Virus record (IMG/VR): IMGVR_UViG_3300020044_001239
Location: 1 to 34,894 of that record
DNA: 34,894 nt
Strand: one strand, 5' to 3'
Source: a virus
Taxonomy: Duplodnaviria > Caudoviricetes
In this document: positions 10,601-18,590 of the stretch, piece by piece
Numbering within the stretch: position 1 is the stretch's first letter
Layout of the letters: each line of letters opens with the position of its first letter
Made by a program: the position numbers and the translations under genes
The notes under the pieces: generated by a model
Seen by the model: the letters and a program-made list of their open reading frames with translations, nothing else
The model's database searches: none
What the model was told of the DNA's origin: nothing

Positions 10601-10659
10601 CCTTCATAGCCAAGCTTTCGAGCAACTACTTCTCGCTGTTGTGCTGTAAAATCTTTCAT
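7633..10659 (-). CDS. Ala-rich internal virion/DNA pilot-like protein (1008 aa)
   Basis: Long AAADKAAA helical tract. The C-terminal half is Q/N/A-rich and helical, with a Gly/Ala hydrophobic patch (GLGASSMAGAALVQAAL), typical of ejected tube-forming proteins. Confidence 0.65.
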   Translation of the reverse strand: MKDFTAQQREVVARKLGYEGPMQGFDEFISSNPALEMKYATIAGKFIERMAKGGLVKMKRKKYADGGVVTDAQIADWWNNPVNQQLSDTQIKATMDQFKVTPDQFAKAIGANETTAADIANRYAAIPAAPIDASASFSAAAAKLTADKAAADKAAADQVAATNASFSAAAQNINAANIAAAPASAGLTWAVNNGITKEQYDKNILDAYKTAAANGLSDVAVRAEMDKYGVSAADLARATGSGLVAVQERYDAAAAPIDANASFTAAAAKIAADKAAAEKAAAEKAAADKAAADKAAADAASAKAAADKAAAEKAAAEAAAAKAASDKAAADRAAAAAKAATDKAAADAAAAKAAQDAATTVAQKAAADKLAADAAAATKAASDASAVAAAAAAKAASDAAAAKAATDATNASFMAAAAAVRAANEAAAKAIADAKAAADKAAADAAAAGKVTGGGDVTYTPIGGTPQAAAASQIAPSKIVAQGIQDISTTNRAGAAQTITGTTPASAVLAADVKPITAETYTASSALTSLNDALSKFLPASGTVSEAAKVKAEELATTELAGAAGRAEQIATAQKVGTVDERKITEAEKVAGSAVDQTAIDKAMALNVAETGTVTADMTVQGQLTKLTKDFDAKNPPPWAAGALRSVTAEMAARGLGASSMAGAALVQAALEKALPIASADAAVYQQMATQNLSNRQQMAVLTAQQRATFLGQEFDQNFQTRVVNAARVADIANMNFNAKQQVALENARLAQSVDLANLNSRQAAFMAELAQTATLETANLNNRQQAAVANAQSALQMDLTNLSYEQQSTILQTQLKAQTILSDTAAENAAKQFNATSTNQTNQFFAGLTSQVSQFNAAQSNAMEQFKVDQANSVKKFNAEVQNQREQFNAQQRLLIDQSNAQWQRDIATINSGAINSINIQNAQLAQQMTLSEYNNEIQMYRDSVSHAWTSAENDANRATTLAAEEIRAAAAIAGANIKADAESSTALGSFVGRVLVGVATGGLIKP
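9315..9905 (-). repeat. Degenerate 15-nt coding tandem repeat (AAA[DE]K units)
   Basis: Plus-strand units such as agcagcagccttctc / agcagcagctttatc encode KAAAEKAAAEKAAADKAAADKAAAD. Confidence 0.85.
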
Positions 10660-10964
10660 ATGTTTCTTGGTTTCTCTATTGCTTCAGTTAAATAAGCAAG
10701 CATATCTCTGTTATCTCTGAGAAGTGCTAACACTCCTACAGCTAAACAATACACTTGTCTCTCTGACAGTTTTAATTGGAAGCAGTCGTCTATAGCGTGT
10801 ATACATTCATGTAACAATGTATCTGCCTCCGCTAAGGGGTGCTGACCAGACTTTATTTTAATTGCATAATCGTCATAGTTGTATTCTCCAAGCTGCTCAG
10901 GGAATACATCTACAACTCTAATCGGCACTTCTCTGCCAATAATACTTAGAGAAGCTGGTAACAT
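10656..10964 (-). CDS. HEXXH zincin-like metallopeptidase-domain protein (102 aa)
   Basis: LGEYNY..YAIKI...DTLLHECIHAI: a minimal zincin/SprT-ImmA-like signature. ATGA-coupled to the 1008-aa gene. Confidence 0.7.
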   Translation of the reverse strand: MLPASLSIIGREVPIRVVDVFPEQLGEYNYDDYAIKIKSGQHPLAEADTLLHECIHAIDDCFQLKLSERQVYCLAVGVLALLRDNRDMLAYLTEAIEKPRNI

Positions 10965-11007
10965 TATATACCTTTATGCCTTGTCATACCACAAATAGAT
11001 GATCTAG

Positions 11008-11622
11008 TCAACCACCTAATACATGTAAGGCATGTTCGATATGCTGCTTACGATCTTCTAGTCCTATTGTGCCACCATTAATACGCTTTGTCATGGTGAG
11101 TATGTCACCACTATCTGCATACTGGTTGAGCCTGTGAGTCTGCCAGAACCAGCCAGCAGTTTGGGCAGCATACATAGGTGTACGGACCAGTTCAGGCTGC
11201 ATAATGAAATCAACTCCTAAGGCTTGTCCAGCATGGTAGAAATTGTTCATGCCAGTTAGCTGTAAAAATCCGGATCCACGGAACCTGAACCCATCCCCAC
11301 TAGCCTCATCCCTGTTGCCCATACGATTGCCATAGATTCTATTGGCTATCTTCTGTGGCTGCTTCTCATAGGCAGCAGCACTCTCTGGTGTGAAACCCCA
11401 GACCCGCTTAGGAGTTTGAGGAAACAGCTTCAATAATGTTGCAGCTTTATAATTTAAATTCTCTTCCATGATGCGGAAGTTTCCACACTCATGACCACAT
11501 TGACCAATCCATGAAGCCTGTTGTGCAGGAGTAACAATGCCAAACCTCTCAAAGGTTTCATTAAAAGGATCTACTAAAGCAGGATCAATCTTAAGTTGTC
11601 TTAGTTGTTCAGCGTTTACCAT
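11008..11622 (-). CDS. Endolysin, glycoside hydrolase family 19 (chitinase/lysozyme-like)
   Basis: GH19 motifs QCGHECGNF..MEENLNY, DGFRFRGSGFLQLTG..NF, AGWFW and TKRINGGTIGLEDR. Confidence 0.92.
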   Translation of the reverse strand: MVNAEQLRQLKIDPALVDPFNETFERFGIVTPAQQASWIGQCGHECGNFRIMEENLNYKAATLLKLFPQTPKRVWGFTPESAAAYEKQPQKIANRIYGNRMGNRDEASGDGFRFRGSGFLQLTGMNNFYHAGQALGVDFIMQPELVRTPMYAAQTAGWFWQTHRLNQYADSGDILTMTKRINGGTIGLEDRKQHIEHALHVLGG

Positions 11623-12082
11623 TGACCAATTCCCTCATTTCGTTGTAGGCTGCGACACAGGCGGTGTGCTTGGCAATGGCTTTGTCTCCTTCGGCAACGA
11701 TGTCGATAAGAGTATTAATAGTCTGTCGCTCAAGTTCGCTTGCATCGGCTCCGCTATTTCCTGTGGCAGGGGTGGAACCTGTGCTGGTTTGTACACAACT
11801 GGTGGTGGGGAGGCGCAACCTGCCAGTGTTAGCAAGCTCACGCATAGCAGACTGTTTGTTAGATATTTCATTCTTTGCCTTTCTTAATGCTGTTTCTTTA
11901 TCAGCAAGTTTAGAAGTCATGTTCTTCTCTAGCTCACGAGCTTCTTCATTCTTCTTAGCTATCTCTATTTGCATCTCAGCATCACGATCTTGCCAACCAA
12001 AATGGTAGCCACCTCGGTATGTGCCAAGTAGTGCAACCATTGCACCAATGATTATCCAAGGAAGTGGTATAGGAAACATCAA
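11609..12082 (-). CDS. i-spanin (Rz-like)
   Basis: N-terminal TM helix, coiled-coil periplasmic domain and Cys residues near the C-terminus. Adjacent to the endolysin and contains an embedded lipoprotein gene. Confidence 0.85.
   Translation of the reverse strand: MMFPIPLPWIIIGAMVALLGTYRGGYHFGWQDRDAEMQIEIAKKNEEARELEKNMTSKLADKETALRKAKNEISNKQSAMRELANTGRLRLPTTSCVQTSTGSTPATGNSGADASELERQTINTLIDIVAEGDKAIAKHTACVAAYNEMRELVNGKR
11635..11871 (-). CDS. o-spanin (Rz1-like lipoprotein), fully embedded in the i-spanin gene
   Basis: Same strand, shifted frame. Signal peptide with lipobox LAGC and a Pro-rich mature part (ASPPPVVYKPAQVPPLP), the lambda Rz/Rz1 architecture. Confidence 0.85.
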   Translation of the reverse strand: MKYLTNSLLCVSLLTLAGCASPPPVVYKPAQVPPLPQEIAEPMQANLSDRLLILLSTSLPKETKPLPSTPPVSQPTTK

Positions 12083-12630
12083 TCCACCTCTTTTCTAGCT
12101 GCTGCTATTTCTTCTCTATCTTCATCAGGGTCCATATGTTCTGGTGGTGTTGTTGGGGGTGGACCGGGAGTCCAGCTTTCATCCAACTCTGGGTTCTTCC
12201 ACACAGGCATAGCACCGAAAGGCTGGCTAGGAAGGCCATAAGCAGACTGTGGAGGGGCGTAGCTGCTGTTAGGCATACCATAGCCACCACCGCCACCATA
12301 ACCACCACCACAGCCCTGCATTGGAGGCTGTGGTCTAAAAGCATTCTGTGCTGAGTTGACAGCCCTCTTACCCACAATGCCACCAATACCACCTACAATA
12401 AGTAATACTATATCATTAAGCATCTTGGTGTAGGCTTGATCAATAGGAGCCATACTCTTGATGGGTTGTGTTACAAAAGTAACAGAATAGAGTAAGGCAA
12501 ACACAATACCAAAGAGAATAACTGTGATTGCAATAACCACAAATCCCCACACCCTTACTTCAAACTCTTCAGTTGTTAGCTTGGGTTTTGGCTGGCTTGG
12601 TGTCAGCAGGTTTATCAGCAGATCTCTCAA
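12079..12630 (-). CDS. Two-TM membrane protein with Pro/Gly-rich tail (holin candidate)
   Basis: Two hydrophobic segments (VWGFVVIAITVILFGIVFALLYSVTFV; IVLLIVGGIGGIVG). Directly upstream of the spanin and endolysin genes. TTG start uncertain. Confidence 0.55.
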   Translation of the reverse strand: MRDLLINLLTPSQPKPKLTTEEFEVRVWGFVVIAITVILFGIVFALLYSVTFVTQPIKSMAPIDQAYTKMLNDIVLLIVGGIGGIVGKRAVNSAQNAFRPQPPMQGCGGGYGGGGGYGMPNSSYAPPQSAYGLPSQPFGAMPVWKNPELDESWTPGPPPTTPPEHMDPDEDREEIAAARKEVD

Positions 12631-12802
12631 GTTGTTTCTCCATTATGGGGGCTACCAAATACTCAGGGCATGTTTGTGTAAATTGACATCTAGGTTTCTG
12701 ACATTGTTCAGCATGAAAGTTGTCTGGGTTCTGGCAGTAGTAGCGATAGCGGTCTTCACATCCCGCTAGTAACATCAAGAATAAGACAACGATATACTTC
12801 AT
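12569..12802 (-). CDS. Cys-rich lipoprotein (77 aa)
   Basis: Signal peptide MKYIVVLFLMLLAGC with lipobox; four further Cys in the mature part. Confidence 0.8.
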   Translation of the reverse strand: MKYIVVLFLMLLAGCEDRYRYYCQNPDNFHAEQCQKPRCQFTQTCPEYLVAPIMEKQLERSADKPADTKPAKTQANN

Positions 12803-13209
12803 TTCAAACGCTTGAGTTTGTACAATGTGCTTAAAAATAAGGCAACTGCCTCATCAATTAAATTCTGAATAGCTGTTTCTTCTTGAGCTACAGCGGTGTA
12901 TCGCATACCCTCAATACAATCTAATAGTCCTTGCATGGTATCAATAATAGAACCAGCATAATCATTAGGCATATAACAAATATCAATGATGCCATTCCTG
13001 CCTTGATATGCTTCAGTGATGCTATCAGCAATTTCAATAATTCCAGTATAGAATTCTTCTAGTGCTTTGTGTTCAGAGAAACTTGTTGTATTTAAATGTG
13101 CTCTATGAGCAATCTCTCTGGATAGAAACAGAGTACCAACTAGTTCACCAATAGAACCGCCCATATCTTTCATAGCACCACGTTGTGGAACCAAACCTTT
13201 AGCCATCAT
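12799..13209 (-). CDS. Ferritin/Dps-like four-helix protein
   Basis: AHRAHLNT.SFSEHKALEEFY...ADSITEAYQG matches the Dps-type H-x11-H...D-xxx-E ferroxidase pattern. Confidence 0.7.
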   Translation of the reverse strand: MMAKGLVPQRGAMKDMGGSIGELVGTLFLSREIAHRAHLNTTSFSEHKALEEFYTGIIEIADSITEAYQGRNGIIDICYMPNDYAGSIIDTMQGLLDCIEGMRYTAVAQEETAIQNLIDEAVALFLSTLYKLKRLK

Positions 13210-13355
13210 AATCCAACTCTCCCTAATAATATTTTAACAATTTTATCAGACAAGTCATTTGGTAAAAACTTTAAAAACCCTAAGAAGTATAAAGCAACGC
13301 AGCCATATACAAATATTTTTAAAGCTAAATCAAATGTCTTCTGATATTCGTTCAT
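13206..13355 (-). CDS. Small membrane protein (49 aa), missed by the ORF track
   Basis: MNEYQKTFDLALKIFVYGCVALYFLGFLKFLPNDLSDKIVKILLGRVGL*. ATGA overlaps with both neighbours and it exactly fills the gap. Confidence 0.8.
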   Translation of the reverse strand: MNEYQKTFDLALKIFVYGCVALYFLGFLKFLPNDLSDKIVKILLGRVGL

Positions 13356-13846
13356 CTACCACACCTATGTGTTGTTTGACAAAAGTCCATCAACTCATTA
13401 ATACCAATACCTACTAGCAATAATACAAAAGCAACCCCACCAATGATGATTGCCATCTCCAGTTGTTCTTGTTCTTTTTCTTTAGCCTTCTTCTCTGCTC
13501 TCTCTAAAGAGCGAAGCTCTCTTGCATCATCAACATCCATCTGTGCTTGACGTTCTTTAATCTTGTTCCAAACATCAATCTTGCCTGTTGTCATAAACAA
13601 CATCTTGAGTTCTTCTTCAAAGGCTCTAGCTTGTTCTAGTGCCATCTCAATTTGTAGGGCAGTTCCCATGTTGGAACCCTTACCCTTCTTCGCTTCAATC
13701 AGTGCCTTGGTAGCTGTACTCTTAGCATCAAAAAGCTTCCCAATCATTGGGGCTAAAGAACCTAGATCACTGGCTACTTTGCTGGCCTTCTTGACCATGC
13801 TGATTGCGTTCTGTATGCCAGCTAGGGCTGTCATCGGATCAATCAT
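13352..13846 (-). CDS. Coiled-coil protein with C-terminal TM helix (164 aa)
   Basis: MIDPMTALAG N-terminus, charged coiled coil, TM segment MAIIIGGVAFVLLLVGIGI and a C-terminal Cys pair. Confidence 0.75.
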   Translation of the reverse strand: MIDPMTALAGIQNAISMVKKASKVASDLGSLAPMIGKLFDAKSTATKALIEAKKGKGSNMGTALQIEMALEQARAFEEELKMLFMTTGKIDVWNKIKERQAQMDVDDARELRSLERAEKKAKEKEQEQLEMAIIIGGVAFVLLLVGIGINELMDFCQTTHRCGR

Positions 13847-14007
13847 CGCTCAACCTTTTTCCATTCAATGCATACAACCTTTCTGTTATATACATCTCCA
13901 GTCCATGTCCATCGGACACATCTATATTTTTCCTCCTTGGACGCAATAGGGAAAGATATGACTAATAAAAGTATTACTGATGCAACTTGTTTTCTATAGC
14001 CAGCCAT
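13843..14007 (-). CDS. Small secreted/membrane protein (54 aa), missed by the ORF track
   Basis: MAGYRKQVASVILLLVISFPIASKEEKYRCVRWTWTGDVYNRKVVCIEWKKVER*. ATGA overlap downstream; signal-like N-terminus and two Cys. Confidence 0.7.
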   Translation of the reverse strand: MAGYRKQVASVILLLVISFPIASKEEKYRCVRWTWTGDVYNRKVVCIEWKKVER

Positions 14008-14219
14008 ATGGCTCCACAGAAAGCACCAATAATTAAGACAGGCTTCACTGCTCTAGCAAGCCATTCAAGCACAACGAATGCACCAGCGGCTGCGTTGAAG
14101 GCAACCACCACTGCTTGTGTGTTTTTATCTAGTTGGTCTACCTTAGCTTCAACAGCACATAGACGTTCATAGATTTGTTTGTGGGTTACTTCTTCGGTCA
14201 TGGTGTTTGCTTCGCTCAT
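13974..14219 (-). CDS. Small coiled-coil plus hydrophobic C-terminus protein (holin/antiholin-like candidate)
   Basis: IYERLCAVEAKVDQLD coiled coil followed by hydrophobic segments. First gene of the lysis cluster. Confidence 0.55.
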   Translation of the reverse strand: MSEANTMTEEVTHKQIYERLCAVEAKVDQLDKNTQAVVVAFNAAAGAFVVLEWLARAVKPVLIIGAFCGAIWLAIENKLHQ

Positions 14220-14476
14220 GGTGTGTCAGGCTTTGGGTACTTAGCTTTAACAGCAAGACACGCATCAATGTATGCTTGTATTTGTGCTTGGTCACCTTTG
14301 ACTACGCCATCAATGTAGTCTGTAATTGATGGGTATTCTTTTGCTCTGTCACGTTGATATTGAGTTTTTGCAAGTTCAGCTTGTTTTGCTTGGTAAGCAA
14401 TTGCCATTGCATCAAATTCTGCTTCTTCAGCTTCAGTAAATGCAACTATGCCATTGTCAGTTGTTTTGAATCTCAT
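14216..14476 (-). CDS. Tail fibre assembly chaperone-like protein
   Basis: YQRDRAKEYPSI..YID......IDACLAVKAKYPKP motif typical of small genes following fibres. ATGA-coupled to the fibre gene. Confidence 0.65.
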   Translation of the reverse strand: MRFKTTDNGIVAFTEAEEAEFDAMAIAYQAKQAELAKTQYQRDRAKEYPSITDYIDGVVKGDQAQIQAYIDACLAVKAKYPKPDTP

Positions 14477-15948
14477 TTCTGTACCCCAAAAAGTTGAATA
14501 GTGCCACTTGCAATTTGAAGCCCACCATCGGGTTCAAAAAATTGTATTGCGTTATTTGCTTCTTCATTTTTTCTAAAAGCACCACCAACATAAGCATTGA
14601 AATCGTATGAGTCAGCATCATTAGCTGATGCGTTTCCCCAAAATTGTGTTCCTAAACCGCTATTCAATGGGGCAGCCATATACAAAACACCATTAAAAGA
14701 TGATTCTGGCGGGGCGAATGTATTACCAACATTCACTGGGTCAAAAACACGTATGGAAGTTGATGAATTACTGTAAAAAGAACTACTTCCACTAGCAGCC
14801 CGCATTATTTGATATGCGTAACTATAACTTCCTGCTGCCGATATAAAAGTTGCCCCATTGTCAGTAGACACTCTCAGAGCTAAACCTCTATTGTGATTCA
14901 CAAATTTTATACTATTGAAAACAAATAAATATAAATCGTAAGTTGATGTAATACTTGTATTTGTAAATGTTAGTGTTGTTGAATTAGATGCGGTTAGTGT
15001 CGTGATTAAAGTTAAACCACTTGCGGGGGTTGCGGGTGTAGCCCAAGTAGGAGCAGCACTAGCACCACCAGATGTTAAGACTTGACCTGATGTGCCGTAT
15101 GTTGCACCACCAACACCAAATTGACCAGCGGAGCCGATGCGGAATCGTTCGGTTGGGGTGGTGTCTGTACTTACACTCCTAGTTGCAAAATACAAATCAC
15201 CATAAGTGTTGTCAGTGCCAATTGTTTGCACATAGCCAATTACTGCTGGCGTATATGTTTGCGCCCCCGGTATGCCATAACCCATACCAATTTCGGTACG
15301 CATTCCAGTACTACCAAAGCTATCGTTTAATCGCAAGTAAACAGCATCACCAATAGTGGTCGCTGAACTTCCTGTGCGTGTTGCAATGATTGTAGGATTT
15401 GCGCTGGCTTTATTAACCTGCAAAATACTGTTGGGCGAACTTGTTCCAATACCAAGTCTGGTATTAGTGTTGTCCCAAACAAGATTAGCAGAACCAGCAA
15501 ATGCACCTGCATTGTTATATTGCAATTGACCTGTAGAGCCAGCAGCAGAAGTGGCTGGTGCAGCTACCCAAGTGGGAGCAGAGGCTCCATTGCTTTGTAG
15601 CAATTGACCTGATGTGCCAGCACTTGAATAAGCAAGAGCAGTTCCAGTTCCATAAGGGATAGTTCCTGCCGTTGGTGTGGCAGTTGAATTTGTACCACCG
15701 TTTGCGATTGGTAATGTACCTGTAACACCTGTTGTCAAAGGCAACCCTGTAGCACTGGTTAGCGTACCACTAGAAGGCTGACCTAATGCACCACCATTAA
15801 CTACTGGAGCACCTGCAGAGCCTACATTAACAGCTAACGCTGTAGCCACTCCAGTGCCTAGCCCAGATATATCAGTGGCTGTAATGGTTCCATCAGACAG
15901 AGGATTCCCTGTGCTTACAAAATTACCTAGTGTTCTTGCTTTAGTCAT
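14473..15948 (-). CDS. Tail fibre / receptor-binding protein (491 aa)
   Basis: Fibre shaft motifs (TLPIANGGT, GTSGQLLQSNGASAPTW / GTSGQVLTSGGASAAPTW, RLGIGTSSP, TERFRI) and a C-terminal beta-rich head ending IASGTIQLFG. AGGAG RBS upstream. Confidence 0.8.
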   Translation of the reverse strand: MTKARTLGNFVSTGNPLSDGTITATDISGLGTGVATALAVNVGSAGAPVVNGGALGQPSSGTLTSATGLPLTTGVTGTLPIANGGTNSTATPTAGTIPYGTGTALAYSSAGTSGQLLQSNGASAPTWVAAPATSAAGSTGQLQYNNAGAFAGSANLVWDNTNTRLGIGTSSPNSILQVNKASANPTIIATRTGSSATTIGDAVYLRLNDSFGSTGMRTEIGMGYGIPGAQTYTPAVIGYVQTIGTDNTYGDLYFATRSVSTDTTPTERFRIGSAGQFGVGGATYGTSGQVLTSGGASAAPTWATPATPASGLTLITTLTASNSTTLTFTNTSITSTYDLYLFVFNSIKFVNHNRGLALRVSTDNGATFISAAGSYSYAYQIMRAASGSSSFYSNSSTSIRVFDPVNVGNTFAPPESSFNGVLYMAAPLNSGLGTQFWGNASANDADSYDFNAYVGGAFRKNEEANNAIQFFEPDGGLQIASGTIQLFGVQK

Positions 15949-15962
15949 CTATTACTCCTTAT

Positions 15963-16223
15963 TTACACAGTTTCTAAATCAGGCACTTTTATATTTGCCA
16001 TAATAACTGCGGTTGAATTATCTCGATCAATAGTCAAGTAACCTTGACAAATGATATTGTAGTCAACTCCGTTAATATCTTTTTCGCTTTTAATTGGAAC
16101 TGTTATGTCTAAATTCTTAAACAAAAACTCTTTTCCATTTTCAAAAACTCTCCAGACATGGTCCATTGAACCACGCCCAGCTTGACCCCTGCTTTTATTA
16201 AATCGAATTTGATATGTGTTCAT
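15963..16223 (-). CDS. Hypothetical protein (86 aa)
   Basis: ATGA-coupled to the oxygenase gene; beta-rich, function unknown. Confidence 0.7.
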   Translation of the reverse strand: MNTYQIRFNKSRGQAGRGSMDHVWRVFENGKEFLFKNLDITVPIKSEKDINGVDYNIICQGYLTIDRDNSTAVIMANIKVPDLETV

Positions 16224-16927
16224 ACAATTTCAGCGGCTGGTGCAGGGCATGATTGCTGTGGAGCAGGGATGACAGTCAAATTAAAATGAACAAACTTAAT
16301 TGGCATCTCTGCTGCATGGCGAGTAAACGAATGCATCAACCATGAGTTAGCAAAGATCATCATGCCGGGTTTAGGCGTGAAGTTAATCATTTTGCTGGCA
16401 GGTGTTGCCCTACCCATGTCTTGCTCTGGTAAATCAATCTGAACCTTAGCCGCACGGGGATCATGAAACACTACGTTAGAGCCATCCTCTGGAGTCTCAA
16501 GAAAATAAAAGCCTACAATCTGTGAGCCATATCCGTGAACGTGTGCGTCCATAGCAGAATGCTTATGGTGCTCTTGTGTCCACATCTCTGTAAACGACAC
16601 TGCCATGTTTTGCATGTCATACCCCTGCTCATTGAGAATGTTCCAAGCAGTTGCACCAACAAACTCGGTAAAACTTGCCATGCGAGGATCAGCAAAATAA
16701 TTGTCCGTCATGTACACTGGATAAATGTCATTTAATGGATGGGCTTTTTTAACCACTTCCAGACCTTCCTCAGACACAGTATTAACAACTTCTAAAAAGT
16801 CAGTACGCTCAATGATGTAGATTGGGCAAGGGAAATGATATGCAACTTGAAGCTGTGTGTTCTTGACCACTTCAGCCACTGACTCAGCGGCTTTGCATAC
16901 CTTTTGTTTTTTAGCTATTTTGCTCAT
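16220..16927 (-). CDS. 2OG-Fe(II) oxygenase superfamily protein
   Basis: FPCPIY...W....DAHVH...IVGFYFL...VFHDPR...PKPGMMIFANSWLMHSF...VHFN, the double-stranded beta-helix oxygenase pattern common in aquatic phages. Confidence 0.8.
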   Translation of the reverse strand: MSKIAKKQKVCKAAESVAEVVKNTQLQVAYHFPCPIYIIERTDFLEVVNTVSEEGLEVVKKAHPLNDIYPVYMTDNYFADPRMASFTEFVGATAWNILNEQGYDMQNMAVSFTEMWTQEHHKHSAMDAHVHGYGSQIVGFYFLETPEDGSNVVFHDPRAAKVQIDLPEQDMGRATPASKMINFTPKPGMMIFANSWLMHSFTRHAAEMPIKFVHFNLTVIPAPQQSCPAPAAEIV

Positions 16928-17445
16928 GGTGTAAACTCAATCCATTGCCAAGCAAGGAAATCAAAAATGTACTGACCCTCTGGGCGAACTGGAGTATCTT
17001 TCCAGTTATTTTCTGCACCACACCACATAGTAGAAATACCAGCGTCAATTTTAGACTGGTCTTTTTCAGGGCGTGGTATTGGTGGATCGTATTCAATAGT
17101 CTCTTCGTTTAACACCCATGCTGACCAGTTTTCAACTTGAGGTCGTGCTGCCCATGCTTCCTGAAGATCTTTAATCTCAGCCTGTTTTTTAGATTCACGT
17201 TCTTCGGCAGTCATATCACGCTTATGCCACACATCTTTGTACACACCATCAATTAGTTCATAAGTTGAATCTTTAGATACCATAACTTCGTACATACCAA
17301 GCACAGGGGGTTCAACACGCTCAAACCTCGCAAACTCAGGAGGTAAGTTATTAACGTCTATATCAGGAAATACCTGACGAAAGTTCTCCCCAAAAATTGG
17401 ATGCTCAAACGGCTGACCATCTTTGATACGAATAAATAGTTCCAT
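16924..17445 (-). CDS. Fibre-associated/chaperone-like protein (173 aa)
   Basis: Follows the Gly-rich fibre gene. Motifs W..RDMTAEE and WVLNEET..YDPPIPRP occur in fibre-assembly-type proteins. Confidence 0.5.
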   Translation of the reverse strand: MELFIRIKDGQPFEHPIFGENFRQVFPDIDVNNLPPEFARFERVEPPVLGMYEVMVSKDSTYELIDGVYKDVWHKRDMTAEERESKKQAEIKDLQEAWAARPQVENWSAWVLNEETIEYDPPIPRPEKDQSKIDAGISTMWCGAENNWKDTPVRPEGQYIFDFLAWQWIEFTP

Positions 17446-18590
17446 TACAGATCACCTGTGTTTGTTGATGGGAAACTTCTAGTATTTCCGGGCCAAATAA
17501 TTCTAACAGCACCAACACCATTACCGCCCCTAGCTCCATAATAAAACTGGCAACAAAAAGAATCATAAGACCGACCTCGGTCACCACCCGCACCTCCGTA
17601 ATTACCCCCAGCACCACCACTTGCACCAGAATAATTACTACTTGCGCCCCCCATGCAACCTGTAGCCCCACCAGAGCCGCCACCGCCACCATTAGCTGCC
17701 ACATTTGTTCCTTGAGGAACACCCCCAGCACCAGTTGATCCTTTTCCTAGAATTCCTACACCGCCACCGCCACCGCCACCAGCAGTATTAAGAAATCCAC
17801 CAATAAAACTACTTCCCCCAAGAGCCCCGCCACCTCCAGCACCAGAGCAAGCCTGCCCTGCTGTATTCGCTGCACCACCATTTCCACAGTAACCTCCAGC
17901 ACCTCCACCAGTTCCACCCCCCCGTCCAACGCTTACACTATTAGTAACCTTTGTACCTCGGCAATATGCTTGCCCAATATAGTGTCCCGACACCAAATAA
18001 TAATTAAAGCTTCCAAAAGCTTCACGAATGTAAGTATCAGCCGATGTACAAGCATTTGAGTTACCTGAAACACGGACAGTATACGAATTACCCGGTGTGA
18101 CAGCAAAATTGTTAGCATACTGTAGATCACCCGCATAGCGAACACCACAAGGGGACGCACCGGGGGATACTGCAACCGCACTGACAGAAGTAACTCCTGT
18201 GGGAGCAACCCAAGTATATGTTGAAGCTGCGCTTGTACCAATGTATGCGTTTTGTCCAGTAGCTATATAAGAAACACTATTACTTGCCGCACTAGCTGGC
18301 CCAGTACCTACAGCATTTGTTGCTGTTACTGTGAATGTGTAACTAGTACCACCAGATAATCCACTCACGCTGATAGTTCCAGAGCCAGCTTGATATATTG
18401 TTCCCGTAATACCACCGGGATTTGATGTGGCTGTATAGCTTGTAATTACTGCACCACCATTACTTGCAGAAGCAGTAAAAGGTACAGACACTACACTACC
18501 TGCTTGCACAGCAGTCCCAATAGTAGGCGCAGTTGGAACTGTTGCAAACTGTCGTTGATTAGCAAATACAGAAACTAAAGCACCACTCAT
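17445..18590 (-). CDS. FN3-domain plus glycine-rich fibre/adhesin protein
   Basis: The ATG at 18590 overlaps the upstream stop (ATGA). FN3 signature ([11 protein letters not shown]...[21 protein letters not shown]) is followed by a poly-Gly domain ending GAVRIIW. Confidence 0.75.
   Translation of the reverse strand: MSGALVSVFANQRQFATVPTAPTIGTAVQAGSVVSVPFTASASNGGAVITSYTATSNPGGITGTIYQAGSGTISVSGLSGGTSYTFTVTATNAVGTGPASAASNSVSYIATGQNAYIGTSAASTYTWVAPTGVTSVSAVAVSPGASPCGVRYAGDLQYANNFAVTPGNSYTVRVSGNSNACTSADTYIREAFGSFNYYLVSGHYIGQAYCRGTKVTNSVSVGRGGGTGGGAGGYCGNGGAANTAGQACSGAGGGGALGGSSFIGGFLNTAGGGGGGGVGILGKGSTGAGGVPQGTNVAANGGGGGSGGATGCMGGASSNYSGASGGAGGNYGGAGGDRGRSYDSFCCQFYYGARGGNGVGAVRIIWPGNTRSFPSTNTGDL

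Noticed and set aside
17405-18241. Same-strand alternative-frame ORFs inside the Gly-rich gene
   Set aside because: They are by-products of GGN codon runs, with no lipobox, RBS or domain.
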